From: an uncultured bacterium
GTDB lineage: Bacteria > Babelota > Babeliae > Babelales > Babelaceae
DNA: 64,000 nt
Assembly: GCA_963819815.1 (NCBI GenBank)
Contig: CAWFXL010000001.1
Coordinates: forward strand, 128,001 to 192,000
Direction: 5' to 3'
Shown here: positions 60,862 through 64,000 of the stretch, piece after piece
Position numbering within the stretch: position 1 is the first letter of the stretch
Layout of the letters: every line of letters begins with the position of its first letter
The notes under the pieces: generated by a model
Told to the model about the DNA's origin: nothing
The model's database searches: none
The model's input: only the letters and a program-made list of their open reading frames with translations
Translations under genes and position numbers: made by a program

Positions 60862-62526
60862 ATGCAAAATAAATCTCTCCAAGTATACGGCGCGATATTT
60901 TTCACCGTTTTTATGGTGTTGGCAGGTGCATTATTGCTTATGCATCGGCAAGTGGGTCATATGAAAGGTAGGCTTGAACAGCTAACCTCAACACAGGTTG
61001 ATCAGCCTAAATTGCCCGAATCAAATCTAGCCCACGTGGATGTATCCGCTCCTAAGCGACAGCGTTGGAGTGAGTTGCAATCACAATCTCAAAATGCAGT
61101 ACTTCAGGTCTTTTCTCAGATTAATGAATTCAATTGGGTAGAACCGTATAAGAGTCCGGCACAAAAAGAATCTCGAGGATCTGCATTCTTTATTAATGCA
61201 GAAGGCGATATCATCACCAATGCACATGTCGTTAGTCAAGCCATTTACGTGACTGTTCAGATTCCTTCGGTGGGTAAACGCCGCTTTGAGATTGAGATTA
61301 TAGGAGTAAGTCCTGAACGAGATTTAGCGTTACTAAGACTTACAGATAAAGCGCGTGATGCGCTTAAAAAAGAGCTCGGGGTGACTAAACTTCCTTACTT
61401 AACGCTGGGCGACTCAGATGCGGTGCATCGTGGTGACAAGATTATGGCTCTTGGATTTCCGTTAGGACAAGAGGGACTTAAGAGTACTACCGGTGTGGTT
61501 AGTGGTCGTGAACATCTACCAGCTTCGGGATATTTTATACAGATTAGTGCTCCTATTAACCCGGGTAACTCGGGTGGTCCATCTTTAGACCATGGAGGTC
61601 GAGTTATCGGTGTTAACTCTGCCGGTATTCCTGGAGCTCAAAATGTTGGCTATATTATTCCGTCAAATGAGGTACTTCTCTTTTTAGATCAGCTAGAGAA
61701 TGTGGTGCCAGAAGATGGGAACCCGAAACTATTACGTAAGCCGTTCATGGGGGTATTTTTCAATTCAGCGGATGATAACCTGCGTGAGTTCCTCGGTAAT
61801 CCATCTCCAGGAGGCCTCTATGTAATTGATGTGTACAAAGGAAGTCCTTTTGACCTTGCAGGCATTAAAGCAGGAGATATGATCTATACGATGGATTCGT
61901 ACCCTGTGGACATGCATGGAGAGATGTCGGTTCCTTGGAACAAAGAGGATAGAATTTCGCTTCTTGATTATGTATCGCGCCTTAAGCTCGGTCATAAGGT
62001 TGTCATGGAAATTTATCGAAAAGGCAAGCTTTTGAAGGTGACTATTCCCTTAGAGAATAATGAACCTCCTATTAGGAAGATGTACCCAGGATTTGAGAAG
62101 ATAGATTATGAAATGATCGGAGGCTTTGTGTTCATGCCGATTACCGTTAATCATATCATGCTTCTTGCGCAGTATGCTCCCAAGCTCATAGAATATGCAG
62201 ATCCGGCAAAGCCGATAGAACCGTCCTTGCTTATTACGCATGTGCTGCTTAATTCGCCAGCTTCTAGGCTGCGTACTATTGGAGTAGGGGGAATTATCGC
62301 TGAAGTAAATGGACAGAGGGTAAAAACTCTTGGAGACCTTCGTGCTGCAATAGTATCAAATCCACAGAGTAAATATCTTACCTTTAAGACCACCGATAAT
62401 CAGTTTGCAGTGATTCCTGTAGATGATGTACTTGCTTCAGAAGAGCGTTTATCAGCTATGTATTACTACCCAGTATCGGATACTTTTAAAGAATTTAAGA
62501 AACGTATAATGGAATCAAGAAAATAA
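60862..62526 (+). CDS. HtrA/Deg-family serine protease with PDZ domains
   Basis: TNAHV, DLAL and INPGNSGGP; N-terminal TM. Confidence 0.93.
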   Translation: MQNKSLQVYGAIFFTVFMVLAGALLLMHRQVGHMKGRLEQLTSTQVDQPKLPESNLAHVDVSAPKRQRWSELQSQSQNAVLQVFSQINEFNWVEPYKSPAQKESRGSAFFINAEGDIITNAHVVSQAIYVTVQIPSVGKRRFEIEIIGVSPERDLALLRLTDKARDALKKELGVTKLPYLTLGDSDAVHRGDKIMALGFPLGQEGLKSTTGVVSGREHLPASGYFIQISAPINPGNSGGPSLDHGGRVIGVNSAGIPGAQNVGYIIPSNEVLLFLDQLENVVPEDGNPKLLRKPFMGVFFNSADDNLREFLGNPSPGGLYVIDVYKGSPFDLAGIKAGDMIYTMDSYPVDMHGEMSVPWNKEDRISLLDYVSRLKLGHKVVMEIYRKGKLLKVTIPLENNEPPIRKMYPGFEKIDYEMIGGFVFMPITVNHIMLLAQYAPKLIEYADPAKPIEPSLLITHVLLNSPASRLRTIGVGGIIAEVNGQRVKTLGDLRAAIVSNPQSKYLTFKTTDNQFAVIPVDDVLASEERLSAMYYYPVSDTFKEFKKRIMESRK

Positions 62527-62553
62527 ACAGATAGTGCACTTGAAAGGTTAGCC

Positions 62554-64000
62554 ATGCTTAAAAGATGTTTGACACTTGCTCTTATTGTAGGACTACCGGC
62601 AGCTCGAATAAGTTGTTATGATGGAGAAGTAGAGTGGGGCTATGCTGAAGAACGGACGCGCAATGCAGTAGTCCAAGTATGGGCACAGTCGACAGCCTTT
62701 AATTGGATCTATCCTTACAGTAGTCCGGAACAGGCACAAGGAGCGGGTAGTGGCTTCTTTATCGATAAAGAAGGGCACTTTCTTACGAATTACCACGTGA
62801 TACGTGCTGCCAAATCGGTCTACATTTCTTTGCCTACTTTGGGAAGGACGCTACTTCCTACAAAGATTATTGGAGTGTGTCCGGAGCTTGATATTGCGCT
62901 CTTGCAGTTGACGGCAGAAAGTAAAAGAATTATTGAGCAAGCATGTGGGCCGATTAATGCGTTAGAGTTTGGTGATTCTGATAAGCTCTATGATACTCAA
63001 TCAGTTCTTGCTATAGGATTTCCTCTTGGATTGCGTACCCGAAAAAGTACGGTAGGCGGAGTAGCGGGACAAGACTTTGTAAAAGGAAACTCACTTATCC
63101 ATATTACCGCTCCGATTAATCCTGGAAACTCAGGGGGACCTTGTGTGACCAAGGATGGTAAAGTTGTGGGTATAAATAGCTCAAGCTATTGGAGTGCGCA
63201 AAATTACAATTACATTATCCCTATAAAGGAGATACTGGTAGTTCTTGACGATCTCTTTACAACTCCTTTAGTTCGCAGACCTGATTGGGGAATGGGGATT
63301 AATAAAACCACAGCAGCTCATGCACGCTCACTGGGTAATCCACTTCCTGCAGGGTTGTACATCAATTATGTCTACAAAAATTCTATGGAAGAAAAAGTAG
63401 GATTTAAGGCCGGTGATATGCTCTATGAGGTAGGGGTTAATGGAGTTCATTATACGTTAGATGAATTTGGCTATACCTCAGTTCCTTGGCGAACCAGTGA
63501 AAAAATTTCGCTCAAAGAGCTCTTAGTGCGCTGCAAAGTGGGAGATGCTCTCTCCTGCGTTGTGTATCGTAAAGGGCAACGCAAAGAGCTTCGTTGTTCT
63601 TTTGAAGATTCACGATTGCGCCCAGTACGTGAGATTTATCCTGAGTATGAGCCTGAAGAGCTTGATTATGAAATATTTGGTGGATTAGTTATCATGCAGC
63701 TACGCGAAAATCATTTTGAGTATTTCAAGAATAACTTTGTGGACCAAATAGGAGAGCTTCGTAAGTATCATCTTAAGGAACATCAGTCTGAGCCGGTTCT
63801 TGTTGTTACCACCGTGCTTGCAGGGTCAATAGCTCACTTGAGCGAATGCATTGCACCAGGCTACCTTCTTGATACTATCAATGGCCAGAAGGTGACCACC
63901 TTGGCTGAGCTACGTGCTGCACTTAAGCTGAGTACTAAGAATGGCGAGATAGCGATTGTCTTGAAAGATCGCCCGGTAACGGTGTTTAATCTCGGTGAGG
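62554..64000 (+). CDS. Second HtrA/Deg-family protease, runs off the window end
   Basis: Not in the ORF track. Manual translation MLKRCLTLALIVG...GSGFFID...LTNYHV...DIALL...APINPGNSGGP in one frame. Confidence 0.9.
   Translation, partial: MLKRCLTLALIVGLPAARISCYDGEVEWGYAEERTRNAVVQVWAQSTAFNWIYPYSSPEQAQGAGSGFFIDKEGHFLTNYHVIRAAKSVYISLPTLGRTLLPTKIIGVCPELDIALLQLTAESKRIIEQACGPINALEFGDSDKLYDTQSVLAIGFPLGLRTRKSTVGGVAGQDFVKGNSLIHITAPINPGNSGGPCVTKDGKVVGINSSSYWSAQNYNYIIPIKEILVVLDDLFTTPLVRRPDWGMGINKTTAAHARSLGNPLPAGLYINYVYKNSMEEKVGFKAGDMLYEVGVNGVHYTLDEFGYTSVPWRTSEKISLKELLVRCKVGDALSCVVYRKGQRKELRCSFEDSRLRPVREIYPEYEPEELDYEIFGGLVIMQLRENHFEYFKNNFVDQIGELRKYHLKEHQSEPVLVVTTVLAGSIAHLSECIAPGYLLDTINGQKVTTLAELRAALKLSTKNGEIAIVLKDRPVTVFNLGE

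Noticed and set aside
334..62796. Many short ORF-track entries overlapping larger genes (e.g. 334..525, 8441..8809, 28665..29186, 58639..59070, 62593..62796)
   Set aside because: Antisense or alternate-frame shadows of well-supported CDSs, with no motifs.

Overview
Bacterial chromosomal window, AT-leaning and gene-dense. The gene content suggests, by inference only, an intracellular protist-associated lineage such as Candidatus Dependentiae/Babelota (TM6): many signal-peptide orphans, ankyrin proteins, PLD-family proteins, alpha2-type GlyRS and CarD. Housekeeping genes include mrdA (partial), nth, dacB, ychF, dnaK, miaA, recA, infC-rpmI-rplT, zapA, rny, ymdB-like, cfa, glyQS and two HtrA proteases. 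The main finding is at 838-7552. The 1.2-kb gap that the ORF track leaves empty holds three tandem ~430-bp cassettes, each with a promoter, structured leader, RBS, a 40-41-aa secreted peptide ending C...FPF and a palindromic terminator. They lie between two paralogous membrane-anchored one-component regulators (multi-TM sensor, GAF/PAS, degenerate AAA+, Fis-HTH). This looks like an undescribed peptide-pheromone/quorum-sensing system. Other notable items are an alternating five-gene array of secreted kinase-fold proteins (4 of 5 lack the catalytic Asp), Cys-rich putative outer-membrane proteins, a 102-bp-period ankyrin array, an ankyrin gene bracketed by a reciprocally decayed duplication, and four single-base frameshifts that are probably assembly artefacts. 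No rRNA, tRNA, CRISPR or IS element was recognised.
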